Notes: generated from the letters alone by a model not told the origin. A DNA stretch of 64,000 nt from an uncultured Candidatus Poseidoniales archaeon (GCA_963968885.1 CAXAGT010000001.1:5861-69860), one strand, 5' to 3'; positions 48,990-59,691 are shown, counted from the stretch's first letter. Numbers and translations are program-made.

Positions 48990-49526
48990 TCACTTCTTTT
49001 TTCTTAAACTTGACAAAAACAAACCTCTTTCCGAGAAAAATCCTCTACAAGAAGTTATTTTTTGTTGACAATCTCCTAATTTTCTTAATGTTTGCTTCTC
49101 ATCTCTCGCATTCATTGAAAGTTCAGCATCATTTGATATCCTTACAGCTTCAACGACCATTTGAATCACATCATGATCGTGTTTAATCAGTTTATTCATA
49201 TCTCGCTGAGTCATCGATCTTACTCCTGATAGGAAGCCGTGAGTTACACCGACACCCCCTTTGTCAACATCCTCAATTAACCGATCAATCTCTTGCATAC
49301 ATTGCTTCGCTACGCCTGCATTTTCGAAAGATTCATCTCTAACATATCTATCATGGATATTTTCAATATGGTTTCTTACTCTTTGTGCAGTTCTTGCAAT
49401 TTCTCTCCTAATCAAGGAATCGGATTCTGATTTCTTTTCCTTAGCGTATCCTTGGTATCCACTAATAAGAATCTGTAAACCTCTGACATAATCCAAGATG
49501 TCACCGGGGCCTAGCATGATTACCAA
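48990..49526 (-). CDS. Hypothetical protein
   Basis: No recognised motif; co-oriented with SPFH-like gene. Confidence 0.3.
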   Translation of the reverse strand: MVIMLGPGDILDYVRGLQILISGYQGYAKEKKSESDSLIRREIARTAQRVRNHIENIHDRYVRDESFENAGVAKQCMQEIDRLIEDVDKGGVGVTHGFLSGVRSMTQRDMNKLIKHDHDVIQMVVEAVRISNDAELSMNARDEKQTLRKLGDCQQKITSCRGFFSERGLFLSSLRKKK

Positions 49527-49584
49527 TTATGTATTGACATATGTTACCTTTTGTTTCTATCGCTGATTTGCTTTTACTTAAAAT

Positions 49585-50208
49585 CTAAATTTGATCAAAT
49601 CGGATAACCCGATCTGCTATTCTATTGGCTTCATTTTCATCGTGAGTAACATGTATCACTGGAATTTCCAAATCTTTGAGAAATTTCCTTGTCCAATCAC
49701 ATAATTCATTTCTGATTTCATTATCAAGAGCGCTGAATGGTTCATCCATCATCAGGGCATTTGGTTTAGATAACATCGCTCTCGCAAAAGAAACCCTCTG
49801 TTTTTCTCCTCCAGATAATTCATCGATTTTTCTATTCTCAAATCCATCCAGTTGGACTGTAGCAAGAATTTCTCTTACCATTTTTTTCCTGCCTTTTTTA
49901 TCAATATCTTTTGGAATCCCGAGGGTGATGTTTTTTTCAACAGACAGATGTGGATAAAGAACAGGCTTTTGGAATATCATTCCTATCTTTCTTTTTGATG
50001 GGTGGATTTGCGAGATATTTTTACCATCTAAGTAAACTTCACCTTCGTCTAATTTTTCCAAACCACAAATTATTCTTAACAAAGTAGATTTTCCGCAACC
50101 TGAATTGCCTAATATAGCTACAATTTCTCCTTTTTTGACTTCTAAATTTATCATTTCAAAAAGGATTTCATCAAATCCTTTGCAAGCATTTTCAATTTTT
50201 AGCACCAT
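49585..50208 (-). CDS. ABC transporter ATP-binding protein (ThiQ/FbpC-like)
   Basis: Walker A GNSGCGKST, signature LSGGEKQR, MMDEPFSALD; ATG overlaps permease stop (TAATG) with AGGAGG upstream. Confidence 0.8.
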   Translation of the reverse strand: MVLKIENACKGFDEILFEMINLEVKKGEIVAILGNSGCGKSTLLRIICGLEKLDEGEVYLDGKNISQIHPSKRKIGMIFQKPVLYPHLSVEKNITLGIPKDIDKKGRKKMVREILATVQLDGFENRKIDELSGGEKQRVSFARAMLSKPNALMMDEPFSALDNEIRNELCDWTRKFLKDLEIPVIHVTHDENEANRIADRVIRFDQI

Positions 50209-51944
50209 TAAAATCCTCCTCTTCCATTCTCGTCCCTGAACTTTTCTGATATTACAAACAGAATTAATGTCATCAACATCAAGCATGTAGCCACAGCCAT
50301 AGCAGCACTCCTGACTTCTGGGAAGTAATTCGGTCTTGACATTAATTGGTCTGTGAGAGTTGACAAAGTTACCCAGTTGCCAATCCCACTCAGCATCCAA
50401 GAGGCTCCGAATTCTCCTAATGAAAATGCCATGCTTAAAGCAGCTGAGACAATAATTTGGGGTTTAATAAGTGGAATTTTTATTCTCCAAAAAACCTCAG
50501 AATCTGACATTCCTAGTACTGTGGCTTGGTCAGAATATAGTTGATCAAGTGTTCTAAATGCTGGAAGCATTATTCTCACAACAAATGGACAAACCATCAT
50601 AACATGTGCCCAAATTGGTAGAAATTTCCAGTTCAGTAATTCAGGAAATAGGTTCAATAATCCAATTAGGATTCCTAAACCTACTGTGATTGCAGAGATG
50701 ATTAGAGGCAGAAAGGATACTAGATCAATAATTCTAGCAAACGCTACTTTTCCAGCGTCCTCAAGTTGCTTAATCGTTGCTGCAATAGTGGTGCCAACAA
50801 TCAATGCTATTACCATACAAACTACTGCATACGTTAGAGAATTTACCATAGCCTCAGGAATCCCTGCATAACTTAGATCACCTCTCCAAGCAATTCTCCA
50901 CCCTTCTAAACTCCAGGATTGTATGGTATCTGGACCATTCCTCTCGATTGATCTAAATGAATTTGATAGAACTGCTAGCAGTGGAGATATAATGTAAAGG
51001 AATGCTATTGAGAGCCCCAATGCTCTAACTGGAGTTATCTTCCCTCTTTGTTTACGGGAATAGTTTTCATTCACCAACTCAATCCTGCTATTATGCTTAG
51101 ACTGTAAGAATGTTGAAAGAGACATGGCAATTCCTAATACGAGAAACTGAATTATTGTTGCAGATAAAACTAATTCTGAAGACCAAACTCTGTAACCATC
51201 AATTCCTGCTGAGGATGAATAGATTGAGACTAAGGTCTCTATTGTATCATTTTGTGGAGAAAGCCACTTTGGCAAAGCAAATGAAGTAAATGAGAAGATG
51301 AAAGTAAGAGACCATGCTACAAACAATCCGGGTCCGTATATTGGGAAGTAAAAGTATCGAAGTTTGAACAGAGCTGAATCTCCTTTTGGCAAGATATTGA
51401 ATTGGTCCTCCCAATCCTTATCCAATCTCGCGATTATTGGCTCGATTAAACGAATTACTAACGATATGTTGAACCAACTGAGAGCTAGAACTAAAGCAAT
51501 AAAGTTCCCAAGATTTTCTGCTCCCAGCATATCTCCCAAACTGCCTATGAATCCATTCTGTGTGTATAGGTCTATTCCAATCCTCGAGAGAAAAGAATCT
51601 GTGTCAATAATCGCTAAAAAGCCCGCTGCTGCAACTATTGCCGGAGTTACAAATGGGAGGACGAAAAATGCTCTTATCAAACCAACTTGTTTAATCTCAA
51701 ATTTTGCCAGAGTGCTAGAAATCCAAAATCCGATTATGCAAGTGAAAGTTGAGGTTGTAAATGCTACAAGAAGAGTAAATGTTAGCACACCCTCTGTTTG
51801 ATTTGCATTCTGCCACAAGCTCCACGCATCAAATACAGACGAATCGGTGACCCTTGTTAATCTGTCAAGGGCAAGAAAAACAGGTCCAAGTATGATAACT
51901 GCAAAGGCAATGCAGACAAGTGCCTGCAGTGTTTGGCGAATCAT
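50208..51944 (-). CDS. ABC transporter permease, fused two-domain (12 TM) ThiP/FbpB-type
   Basis: 578 aa with two repeated permease halves. Confidence 0.75.
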   Translation of the reverse strand: MIRQTLQALVCIAFAVIILGPVFLALDRLTRVTDSSVFDAWSLWQNANQTEGVLTFTLLVAFTTSTFTCIIGFWISSTLAKFEIKQVGLIRAFFVLPFVTPAIVAAAGFLAIIDTDSFLSRIGIDLYTQNGFIGSLGDMLGAENLGNFIALVLALSWFNISLVIRLIEPIIARLDKDWEDQFNILPKGDSALFKLRYFYFPIYGPGLFVAWSLTFIFSFTSFALPKWLSPQNDTIETLVSIYSSSAGIDGYRVWSSELVLSATIIQFLVLGIAMSLSTFLQSKHNSRIELVNENYSRKQRGKITPVRALGLSIAFLYIISPLLAVLSNSFRSIERNGPDTIQSWSLEGWRIAWRGDLSYAGIPEAMVNSLTYAVVCMVIALIVGTTIAATIKQLEDAGKVAFARIIDLVSFLPLIISAITVGLGILIGLLNLFPELLNWKFLPIWAHVMMVCPFVVRIMLPAFRTLDQLYSDQATVLGMSDSEVFWRIKIPLIKPQIIVSAALSMAFSLGEFGASWMLSGIGNWVTLSTLTDQLMSRPNYFPEVRSAAMAVATCLMLMTLILFVISEKFRDENGRGGF

Positions 51945-51954
51945 CTGGTCACCA

Positions 51955-53070
51955 TCATGCGATTATTTCTGCATAGATTTCAACCAGTGCTTCAATGTCA
52001 ACTTTGTCCAAGTTGACAACGGCAGGCTCAGATGGCACTGGTGAGTGGTATCTGTAGCCATTATCTTCTGGCAAATCGGTTCCGTTCAGAACGCTGTACA
52101 TGTAATTATTAACAGGCATATTTGTATTAACTTCCTCTGATAGTAGGAATTGAATAAATTGATTTGCGTAATCAACGTTAGCGGCACCATTTATGATCCC
52201 CGCATACTCGATTTGGTGAAGTGAAGATTTTGGAAGATCTAGTGCTACTGATGTTGTATAATTTTCACCAAAGAACGCTTCAACACCAGGTGAATGGCAA
52301 TAAGAGACTGTTGCATGAGCGTCTCCGATAAATCCGTCATACCATTGACCGTATCCTGCGCTGTAATGAACCTCGTAAGCTTCACTCCAACCCGATGTGA
52401 TTATTGCCTCGTTAGCAATCATTTGTGCCCACCAATCCCATTCTGTTTCATCTTCGAAATAATCAGTTGTTGCGAGCATGAATGCTCTACCGGGGGAGGA
52501 AGAAACTGCAGATGGGAAAGCTACCTTTCCCTTCCATGCTTCTTCAGTGAAGTTCCATAACGAAGTGGGAGCGGTTACATTTTCTCCATCTACGTAATTT
52601 GAATCATAGTTTATGCATATGTGTCCGTGGTCGAATGGTACTAATTCGTTTGTTTCTCCAAATACAATATCATTAAGATTGGAAGTAATGTTTGACCTGT
52701 CTACGGTATTTTCTTGCAGCAAGCAGTAGTCCATTGCAACTCCAGAATATGTATTGTCTAATCCTATCATCAAGTCTGCCTGTGGAGAGATTTTTGTTAG
52801 CATCATCTGGTTCAATATTCCTCCTGCGTCTTCAGTTCTGATAAATTCAACCTCAATGCCAGTCTCGTTAGTGAACTCTTGAACTACCTCATCACTGAGC
52901 GCATAGATATCATAGGTAATTATTCTCAGCGTACCGTTTGATTCTCTCACTGTCGGTAAATCTCCGTCACATAGGTCTAAATTGATGTCAAGTAGTTCAT
53001 CTGCTTGTCCTATGCACCCGGCAGTAGAAACACAAATCATCATCAATGAAATTAAAATCTCTTTTTTCAT
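51955..53070 (-). CDS. ABC transporter substrate-binding lipoprotein (ThiB/FbpA family)
   Basis: Lipobox-like signal MKKEILISLMMICVSTAGCIG; about 370 aa. Confidence 0.65.
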   Translation of the reverse strand: MKKEILISLMMICVSTAGCIGQADELLDINLDLCDGDLPTVRESNGTLRIITYDIYALSDEVVQEFTNETGIEVEFIRTEDAGGILNQMMLTKISPQADLMIGLDNTYSGVAMDYCLLQENTVDRSNITSNLNDIVFGETNELVPFDHGHICINYDSNYVDGENVTAPTSLWNFTEEAWKGKVAFPSAVSSSPGRAFMLATTDYFEDETEWDWWAQMIANEAIITSGWSEAYEVHYSAGYGQWYDGFIGDAHATVSYCHSPGVEAFFGENYTTSVALDLPKSSLHQIEYAGIINGAANVDYANQFIQFLLSEEVNTNMPVNNYMYSVLNGTDLPEDNGYRYHSPVPSEPAVVNLDKVDIEALVEIYAEIIA

Positions 53071-53079
53071 TTTCTCACC

Positions 53080-53934
53080 TCAGTACATTTTATCGATCAA
53101 TCTATGAGTTTTATCTATCAGATCAAGTGGATTTTCGCTAAGGATGAACAATGATGGTGCCCAACCAAAAGATCCTTCATCCAAGATTATGTCAAGAGGC
53201 GTTGTTGAATGCTTTAGTTCTCCCTTCGGCGCATATCCTAACTTCCAAGACATCTCATCGCAGGCTTTTGAAATTATATCTACGTCCACTTGTTCTCCTC
53301 TCAAAGGGGGACTGACGTTGATAATTGCGTACTTGTCTCCATGAATGTCTCTGTAATCCAATAGCATATTTGCAAGAGTGTTACTGGAGCCAAATGTAGG
53401 TTTTTCGTGTTGCCTTAATTTTCCAGAAACAACCGAAAGTTTTCCTGGGAACGCTGCAACATCTTCTATTTCCATAGCCCCTGGGGCACAAGAAGCAATA
53501 TTCATCCCGACTGCCGGCATCGCGATTTCAAACTTTTCAGCATCTATTCTTGTTGCTGCCCACTCAAGCCTTTTCAGCAATGCTGAGTTTGATTGATCCT
53601 CGCCAAGGTCTTTGCCAGTCAAGGTTTTATCGAATAAGATTGGTTGTTGGTCTGAGAACTGGAATTCAATAACAATTCTTTGTTTGACTAAATCTACACC
53701 AGGACCCATGCGGTCTAGTTTCTCAGAAATATCTCTTGCTAAATCATCTATTAGGATTTCATCTGCACTGCCATTTAGTTTGGGAGCCTCACGATGATAT
53801 TGCCTAGAAATTGTCGATTGAGTAGTTCCAAGAACCTCCGCAATCTCAGACTGAGACCATTCCATTGCCCTCAAATCCTTTGCAATTTGAAATTGTAGTC
53901 TTTCTACCCAATTCAAGCCGTCATTTCCTAGCAT
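53080..53934 (-). CDS. HTH-domain transcriptional regulator with about 200-aa C-terminal ligand-binding domain; candidate thiamine regulator ThiR (HTH plus ThiN-like)
   Basis: N-terminal HTH QSEIAEVLGTTQSTISRQ; heads the transporter cluster on same strand. Confidence 0.35.
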   Translation of the reverse strand: MLGNDGLNWVERLQFQIAKDLRAMEWSQSEIAEVLGTTQSTISRQYHREAPKLNGSADEILIDDLARDISEKLDRMGPGVDLVKQRIVIEFQFSDQQPILFDKTLTGKDLGEDQSNSALLKRLEWAATRIDAEKFEIAMPAVGMNIASCAPGAMEIEDVAAFPGKLSVVSGKLRQHEKPTFGSSNTLANMLLDYRDIHGDKYAIINVSPPLRGEQVDVDIISKACDEMSWKLGYAPKGELKHSTTPLDIILDEGSFGWAPSLFILSENPLDLIDKTHRLIDKMY

Positions 53935-54076
53935 GGTTGTCCCTGTAACAATTACTTATTCAATATTGCTGAGATTATATGCAAAATGCATGAAAAATCT
54001 TCATCATAATATTGTTAGAATAAAAAACCATCTAATTCAAAGGCTTGTTCGACACGAACAGGAATAGGGGGAGAAT

Positions 54077-55483
54077 ATGGAGAGTGATGACTTTTTAGAC
54101 TCCGCATTTGCTCTGATAAAGGACTATGTCCTGGATAATCAAGGCAAGGTGAATAAACACCTTGAACCATCATCTCGGTCAAAAACAACTGACACTCTTC
54201 TTCCTGTAGAGGGGTTTTCCCCAGAAATGTTGTTAGATGATGTTTCCTCTTATCTTCAAAACACAGTCAAGACACACAAAGGCGGATTCATGAATCCTCT
54301 CTGGGGGGGCTTTAACGCAGCATCTTTTGCAGGAGAGATAATTGCTGCTGCCACAAATACATCGATGTACACATATGAGTTAGCTCCAGTTGCAACGATG
54401 ATCGAGAAAGCGATTTTGAAGCGTATGCGGGAATATATTGGATTTGAATCAGGCTTCGGTACCTTCACAACAGGAGGTTCCAACGGAAATATGCTGGGAG
54501 TTCTTTGCGGCAGACAAAGAGCATTCCCAAATTCGACATATTCTGGAATTGATGGGACAAAACTGGCAATTTTTGTCTCGCAGGAGTCTCATTATTCAGT
54601 TCTCATGTCTGCTAATGTAATTGGCATAGGTCATGGTAATGTAATCAAAGTAAAGTGCGATGAAGATGGTATTATGGTTCCTGATGCCTTAGAAAACGAG
54701 ATTAAATCAGCGATCTCTAACGGACTTACTCCTATCTGTGTCATCGCTACGGCAGGTACAACTGTTCGAGGTGCGTTTGATCCACTCAAACAGATAGGAG
54801 AAATTTGTGAACGAACCGGAGTATGGTACCACGTAGATGCTGCCTGGGGTGGTGCTTGTTTGTTTAGTGCTAAACATCGCTCTCTTATGGATGGAGTTGA
54901 ATATGCTGATTCAGTGTGTTGGGATGCTCACAAGATGATGGGCGTTCCTTTGATATGTTCTGCATTTATCATCAAGCATCCTCAAATATTGAGGGCTGTA
55001 TCATCTCATGGAGATAGTGCTCATTACCTATTCCATGAAGATGCAGAAGAGATAGATCTTGGTAGGTTCTCTCTTCAATGTGGTAGAAGGAACGATGCAC
55101 TCAAATTGTGGTTTGCATGGAGAATGATGGGTGATTCAGGTTGGTCATCTTTGGTTGACAATTATATGGATTTGGCAGCATATCTTGAAGGTCTGGTAGA
55201 GCAAAATGATTCCTTGGAGATGATGTCTTCTAGACAATGGACCAATGTTTGTTTTAGATATAACGATAAAGGAACGCAAAATTTGAACGATTTCAACTCT
55301 GAACTGCGAACTCGGCTTATTGAAAATGGAAATTACATGATATCTCAGTCCAATATTGGCGATGATGTAATTTTAAGACCAGTGATTGCTAATCCAGCAG
55401 TGCAAAAAAGCACTCTTGATGGTTTGGTAAAGGAAATTTTGCAAATTAGCCATGAGATGAAATCAGGAATCCCACACTCTTGA
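54077..55483 (+). CDS. Group II pyridoxal-dependent amino-acid decarboxylase (GAD/DDC/CSAD/DABA-decarboxylase family)
   Basis: TTGGSNGNMLGVLCGR, HVDAAWGG, PLP-Lys in DAHKMMGVP. Confidence 0.75.
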   Translation: MESDDFLDSAFALIKDYVLDNQGKVNKHLEPSSRSKTTDTLLPVEGFSPEMLLDDVSSYLQNTVKTHKGGFMNPLWGGFNAASFAGEIIAAATNTSMYTYELAPVATMIEKAILKRMREYIGFESGFGTFTTGGSNGNMLGVLCGRQRAFPNSTYSGIDGTKLAIFVSQESHYSVLMSANVIGIGHGNVIKVKCDEDGIMVPDALENEIKSAISNGLTPICVIATAGTTVRGAFDPLKQIGEICERTGVWYHVDAAWGGACLFSAKHRSLMDGVEYADSVCWDAHKMMGVPLICSAFIIKHPQILRAVSSHGDSAHYLFHEDAEEIDLGRFSLQCGRRNDALKLWFAWRMMGDSGWSSLVDNYMDLAAYLEGLVEQNDSLEMMSSRQWTNVCFRYNDKGTQNLNDFNSELRTRLIENGNYMISQSNIGDDVILRPVIANPAVQKSTLDGLVKEILQISHEMKSGIPHS

Positions 55484-55543
55484 TTGGTACACGCAAAGAT
55501 TGCGGAGAGTCAACTTCTAATCATAACCTTGGTTGGGGAAATC

Positions 55544-56653
55544 ATGGGCGACTCACTAGTTAGAACATCATTGTACTCAGAGCATGTGAATTCGAATGCA
55601 AATTTAGTAGATTTTCATGGCTTTGAGTTGCCGATTTGGTATACAAGTATCAAAGAAGAGCACTTGGCTTGCAGAAGTGGTGCAGGAATCTTCGATGTAT
55701 CTCACATGGGCTCATTCAGGATAACTGGAAATAACGTCAGGGCGTGGCTTGAAAAGCTTTCAACTCAGAAGGTAACATCAATATCTGAAGGAAGGTGTGC
55801 TTACACACATTTTCTTGATGATAATGGCTATCTTATTGATGACATGATCTTTGCAGTTGTATCGGAAAATGAAATCCTTGGTGTTCCCAATGCAAGCATG
55901 ATAGATGTTATGTGGGATTGGTTTAGCTCACATCTGCCTGATGATGATTCCATCAGTTTGGAAAACCTCAGCCCCGATACATCAATCATAGCATTACAAG
56001 GTCCAAAGTCAAAACAAATAATCTCAGATGCAATGGGTGAAGAGTCACATGTTGGACGCTTCAAATGGAAGAAAATTCCTGAAAATAAACTAGGTATATC
56101 CGGTTGGATTCAAGGTACTGGATACACGGGTGAATCTGGTTATGAAATTTTTGTCCCTAATTCTGAGTCTCCAGTTCTATGGAAGGCTTTGCTTTCAGCT
56201 GGGGCAACTCCAGTAGGACTCGGGGCCAGAGATACCCTTCGCCTGGAAAAAGGATACTTACTGTCCGGTGTTGATTTTTGTTGGCCTGAACTTCCTGATG
56301 CTAACGAATTCCTAGCAAGAGATTCATGGGAATCGAATGTTCCATTTGGATGGGGATTTGATCACGAATATGTCGGCAAAAAAAGAGTAGACTCTCACAC
56401 TTCATCTGATGCTAGACTATTAGGTATCAAATATACTGGAAAGGGACCTCTACCTCGACCAGGTAAAGTTGTCACAGACCTTGACGGAACAAAAATTGGC
56501 ATATTGACTTCTGGCGCTCCTTCTCCATCCCTTGGGAATACAGGAATCGGAATGGGTTACATCTCAGGAGTTGTAGAAGGAGATAAGGTGTTAATCGCTG
56601 CATCGGAAAGGCGTTCTGTTGAGGCAATAATCGTGACACCTCCCTTCATCTGA
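55544..56653 (+). CDS. gcvT: Glycine cleavage system aminomethyltransferase GcvT
   Basis: GIFDVSHMG, GYTGESGYEIF; ORF-track start 55484 is an upstream extension. Confidence 0.85.
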   Translation: MGDSLVRTSLYSEHVNSNANLVDFHGFELPIWYTSIKEEHLACRSGAGIFDVSHMGSFRITGNNVRAWLEKLSTQKVTSISEGRCAYTHFLDDNGYLIDDMIFAVVSENEILGVPNASMIDVMWDWFSSHLPDDDSISLENLSPDTSIIALQGPKSKQIISDAMGEESHVGRFKWKKIPENKLGISGWIQGTGYTGESGYEIFVPNSESPVLWKALLSAGATPVGLGARDTLRLEKGYLLSGVDFCWPELPDANEFLARDSWESNVPFGWGFDHEYVGKKRVDSHTSSDARLLGIKYTGKGPLPRPGKVVTDLDGTKIGILTSGAPSPSLGNTGIGMGYISGVVEGDKVLIAASERRSVEAIIVTPPFI

Positions 56654-56724
56654 GTAGTATTTTTTCTCTGAAAAATTACTTTCTGCTTTGCTATGTATAG
56701 CCGCTCAAGCACATAGATTATGAC

Positions 56725-58146
56725 TTGCCGATTTCTAGCAAGGTCGCCTTAGGTGCTAGTGGTGATGTTATGGTAGACCAATTGCCGAATCTTGGAAGAG
56801 AAAAAGAGATGCTAGAAGCGATGGGAATGGAAAAAATAGCGGATTTGTTTTCTGATTTACCCAAGGAAGTAATTATGTCGCAAGAACTTCCACTTCCTGC
56901 CCCACAAAGTGAGGAAGAAATCCTTCACGATGCTCGAAGATTGTTAGGAGGGAATGTTCCCTTGGAACAAAGAACATCATTTTTGGGCGCAGGATTGTAT
57001 CAAAACTTTGTTCCATCAGCAATCTTCCAATTGATAACTAGAGGAGAATTTCTTACCTCTTACACTCCATATCAGCCAGAGGTTAGCCAAGGAATGTTAC
57101 AATCAATGTGGGAATTTCAGACTCTAATCTCTGAATTGGTTGAACTTCCTATTGCAAACTTGAGTATGTACGATGGTTCCACCGCTGCTGCTGAAGCTCT
57201 AACAACAGCTGTAAGAGTCCTAAACAGAAAAGCCGAGCAAAAGGATACAGTCTATGTTTCTCGTTTGGTGCCACCCGATAGAATGTCTGTTATCTTCAAC
57301 TATACCCAAGGGGCTGAAATAAAAATTGAATATATCGAGCACAACTCAGATGGAACAATCAACATTGATTCACTTTCAAAGGCAAAAGGCTCATGCGGAA
57401 TTTACGTGGAATACCCGAATGCGCTAGGAATAATAGACGAGGGAATGAAGCAAGTCAAGGAAATCATTGGTGAAGTTACTGCATTTATTGTTGGAGCAAC
57501 ACCCCTTGCTCTAGGATTGATAGAGGCACCTGGTAAATTTGGTGCAGACATAGTTGTCGGAGAAGGGCAAGCATTTGGCTCACCGATTACGGGCGGTGGT
57601 CCGATCTATGGTTTCTTTGCGGTGAGCAAACCATTCCTAAGGCAGATGCCTGGAAGGATTGTCGGAAAATCGATTGATGTTGATGGTAATGAAGCATTTT
57701 GTTTGACACTTTCCACCAGGGAACAGCACATTAGAAGACAAAGAGCCACATCTAACATTTGTTCAAATGAAACTTTGATTGCTTTAATGGGTGCAATGCA
57801 CATGGCATTATTAGGTCCTGAGGGTCTTGAAAAATTAGCTTACAGAAACTTAGCAGCGATGCAAATGCTGAAAGAAAAATTGTCCACTGTTGAAAATATA
57901 ACTATGCCGCATGGAGAGTCTTTCCACTTCAATGAGTTCGTTATCGAGTTGCCAAAATCCGCATCTTCATGTATTGAAGAATTGGATGAATTTGGAGTAA
58001 TTGCTGGAATGGATATGGCTGCTTGGGGGCTAAATGAGAATTGGCTCTTGGTGACCTGTACTGACCAAACAACAGAGGTTGATATCGAGGAGTTCGTTGA
58101 TATTTTGAGCGCTTGGGCAAACGATGAATTGGAGGTGTTGCAATGA
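56725..58146 (+). CDS. gcvPA: Glycine dehydrogenase (decarboxylating) subunit 1 GcvPA
   Basis: 473 aa N-terminal-half P-protein; followed by overlapping subunit 2. Confidence 0.85.
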   Translation: MPISSKVALGASGDVMVDQLPNLGREKEMLEAMGMEKIADLFSDLPKEVIMSQELPLPAPQSEEEILHDARRLLGGNVPLEQRTSFLGAGLYQNFVPSAIFQLITRGEFLTSYTPYQPEVSQGMLQSMWEFQTLISELVELPIANLSMYDGSTAAAEALTTAVRVLNRKAEQKDTVYVSRLVPPDRMSVIFNYTQGAEIKIEYIEHNSDGTINIDSLSKAKGSCGIYVEYPNALGIIDEGMKQVKEIIGEVTAFIVGATPLALGLIEAPGKFGADIVVGEGQAFGSPITGGGPIYGFFAVSKPFLRQMPGRIVGKSIDVDGNEAFCLTLSTREQHIRRQRATSNICSNETLIALMGAMHMALLGPEGLEKLAYRNLAAMQMLKEKLSTVENITMPHGESFHFNEFVIELPKSASSCIEELDEFGVIAGMDMAAWGLNENWLLVTCTDQTTEVDIEEFVDILSAWANDELEVLQ

Positions 58147-59639
58147 GTCATTTATTCGAATTTAACGGGGCAGAAGGCAAAGGTTACTCTCAACCTTCAC
58201 CGATAATGGATGTTTCAAAACTCAAACTTCCAGGGTCTATGAAGAGGGAATCACTACCTCGTTGGCCAAGAGTATCTGAACCTGAAATGGTTAGGCATTA
58301 TACTTGGCTCTCGAAAAGGAATTTCGGAATTGACACCGGGTTTTATCCATTAGGTAGCTGTACTATGAAACACAACCCAAGAGTTAACGAAGCGATTGCT
58401 CAGATGCCGGGAATAGCAAATATTCATCCACATCAACCAGAATCTCACCTACAAGGATTACTTTCAATTTATCATGAAATGCAAGAGATGTTAGCAATTT
58501 GTGCAGGTATGGATGCTGTAACTCTACAACCGGTTGCAGGAGCACAAGGAGAATTTACTGCAATCCGTTGTTTCCAAGAGTATTTCAGAAAGACTGGCCA
58601 GACTCAAAGAACCAAGGTTATTGTTCCCGATTCAGCTCATGGAACAAATCCTGCTAGTGCCTCGATGTGTGGTTTTGAGATCATCGAGATTCCTTCATCG
58701 GCAGATGGAAGGCTTGACTTAGATGCTCTCAGAGCAGTTGTTGGCGAAGATACTGCAGCAATGATGATCACTAACCCAAATACACTGGGTATCTTTGAAG
58801 CCGATGTTGTGGAAGCATCTCAGATAATTCACGATGCTGGAGGTTTAATGTATTATGATGGAGCGAATTTTAACGCAATTCTAGGCTGGACTTCTCCAGG
58901 ATTGATGGGCTTTGATGCAGTTCACTACAACCTACACAAGACCTTCAGTCAACCACACGGCGGTGGAGGTCCAGGAAGCGGACCAATTGGTGTAAAAGCC
59001 CATCTGGCAGAATTCTTACCTTCTCCTATAGTCGGTAAGAGAGAGATACAATCAGAGGACGAACATCTGTACGCAGTTGACGATTGTTGGTACACCTGGG
59101 AAACTCCAGAATCTACTATCGGTAAAGTCCAACAATGGCATGGTAATGCCGGGGCAGTGGTTAGATGCTGGGCGTATTACAGAAGATATGGAAGGGATCT
59201 GAAAACGATGTCTGAACATGCGGTCCTGAATGCTAATTATTTGCGCCATGCTATTCTCACCAAGGCTGAGGAAGCAGGCGTTATTCACATGTTTACAGAA
59301 GGAGCTCCAATCAATGTTTGTAAGCATGAGTTTACAATCTCGATGACGCCTGCCAAAGAGAGTATGGGGATATCTGCAATGGATGTTGCAAAGGGACTTC
59401 TTGATATGGGATACATGGCACCAACAGTTTATTTCCCACAAATTGTACCTGAGTGTTTAATGATTGAGCCAACCGAAACAGAATCAAAAGAGACACTGGA
59501 TGAATTTGCAACAAATTTCATCAAAGTCCTGCAAACAGATGCAGAAACATTGCATGAATCTCCAACAACTACTCCTGTTAGAAGAGTCGATGAGGTATAT
59601 GCTGCTCGCAACCTAATTTTGAGATATGAAATGGATTGA
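58143..59639 (+). CDS. gcvPB: Glycine dehydrogenase (decarboxylating) subunit 2 GcvPB
   Basis: PLP-Lys region HYNLHKTFSQPHGGGGPG, 498 aa. Confidence 0.88.
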   Translation: MSHLFEFNGAEGKGYSQPSPIMDVSKLKLPGSMKRESLPRWPRVSEPEMVRHYTWLSKRNFGIDTGFYPLGSCTMKHNPRVNEAIAQMPGIANIHPHQPESHLQGLLSIYHEMQEMLAICAGMDAVTLQPVAGAQGEFTAIRCFQEYFRKTGQTQRTKVIVPDSAHGTNPASASMCGFEIIEIPSSADGRLDLDALRAVVGEDTAAMMITNPNTLGIFEADVVEASQIIHDAGGLMYYDGANFNAILGWTSPGLMGFDAVHYNLHKTFSQPHGGGGPGSGPIGVKAHLAEFLPSPIVGKREIQSEDEHLYAVDDCWYTWETPESTIGKVQQWHGNAGAVVRCWAYYRRYGRDLKTMSEHAVLNANYLRHAILTKAEEAGVIHMFTEGAPINVCKHEFTISMTPAKESMGISAMDVAKGLLDMGYMAPTVYFPQIVPECLMIEPTETESKETLDEFATNFIKVLQTDAETLHESPTTTPVRRVDEVYAARNLILRYEMD

Positions 59640-59691
59640 TGGCTATAAGATTCTCATGAATCTTATTAAACGTTAATTCTGCCTTCAAACT

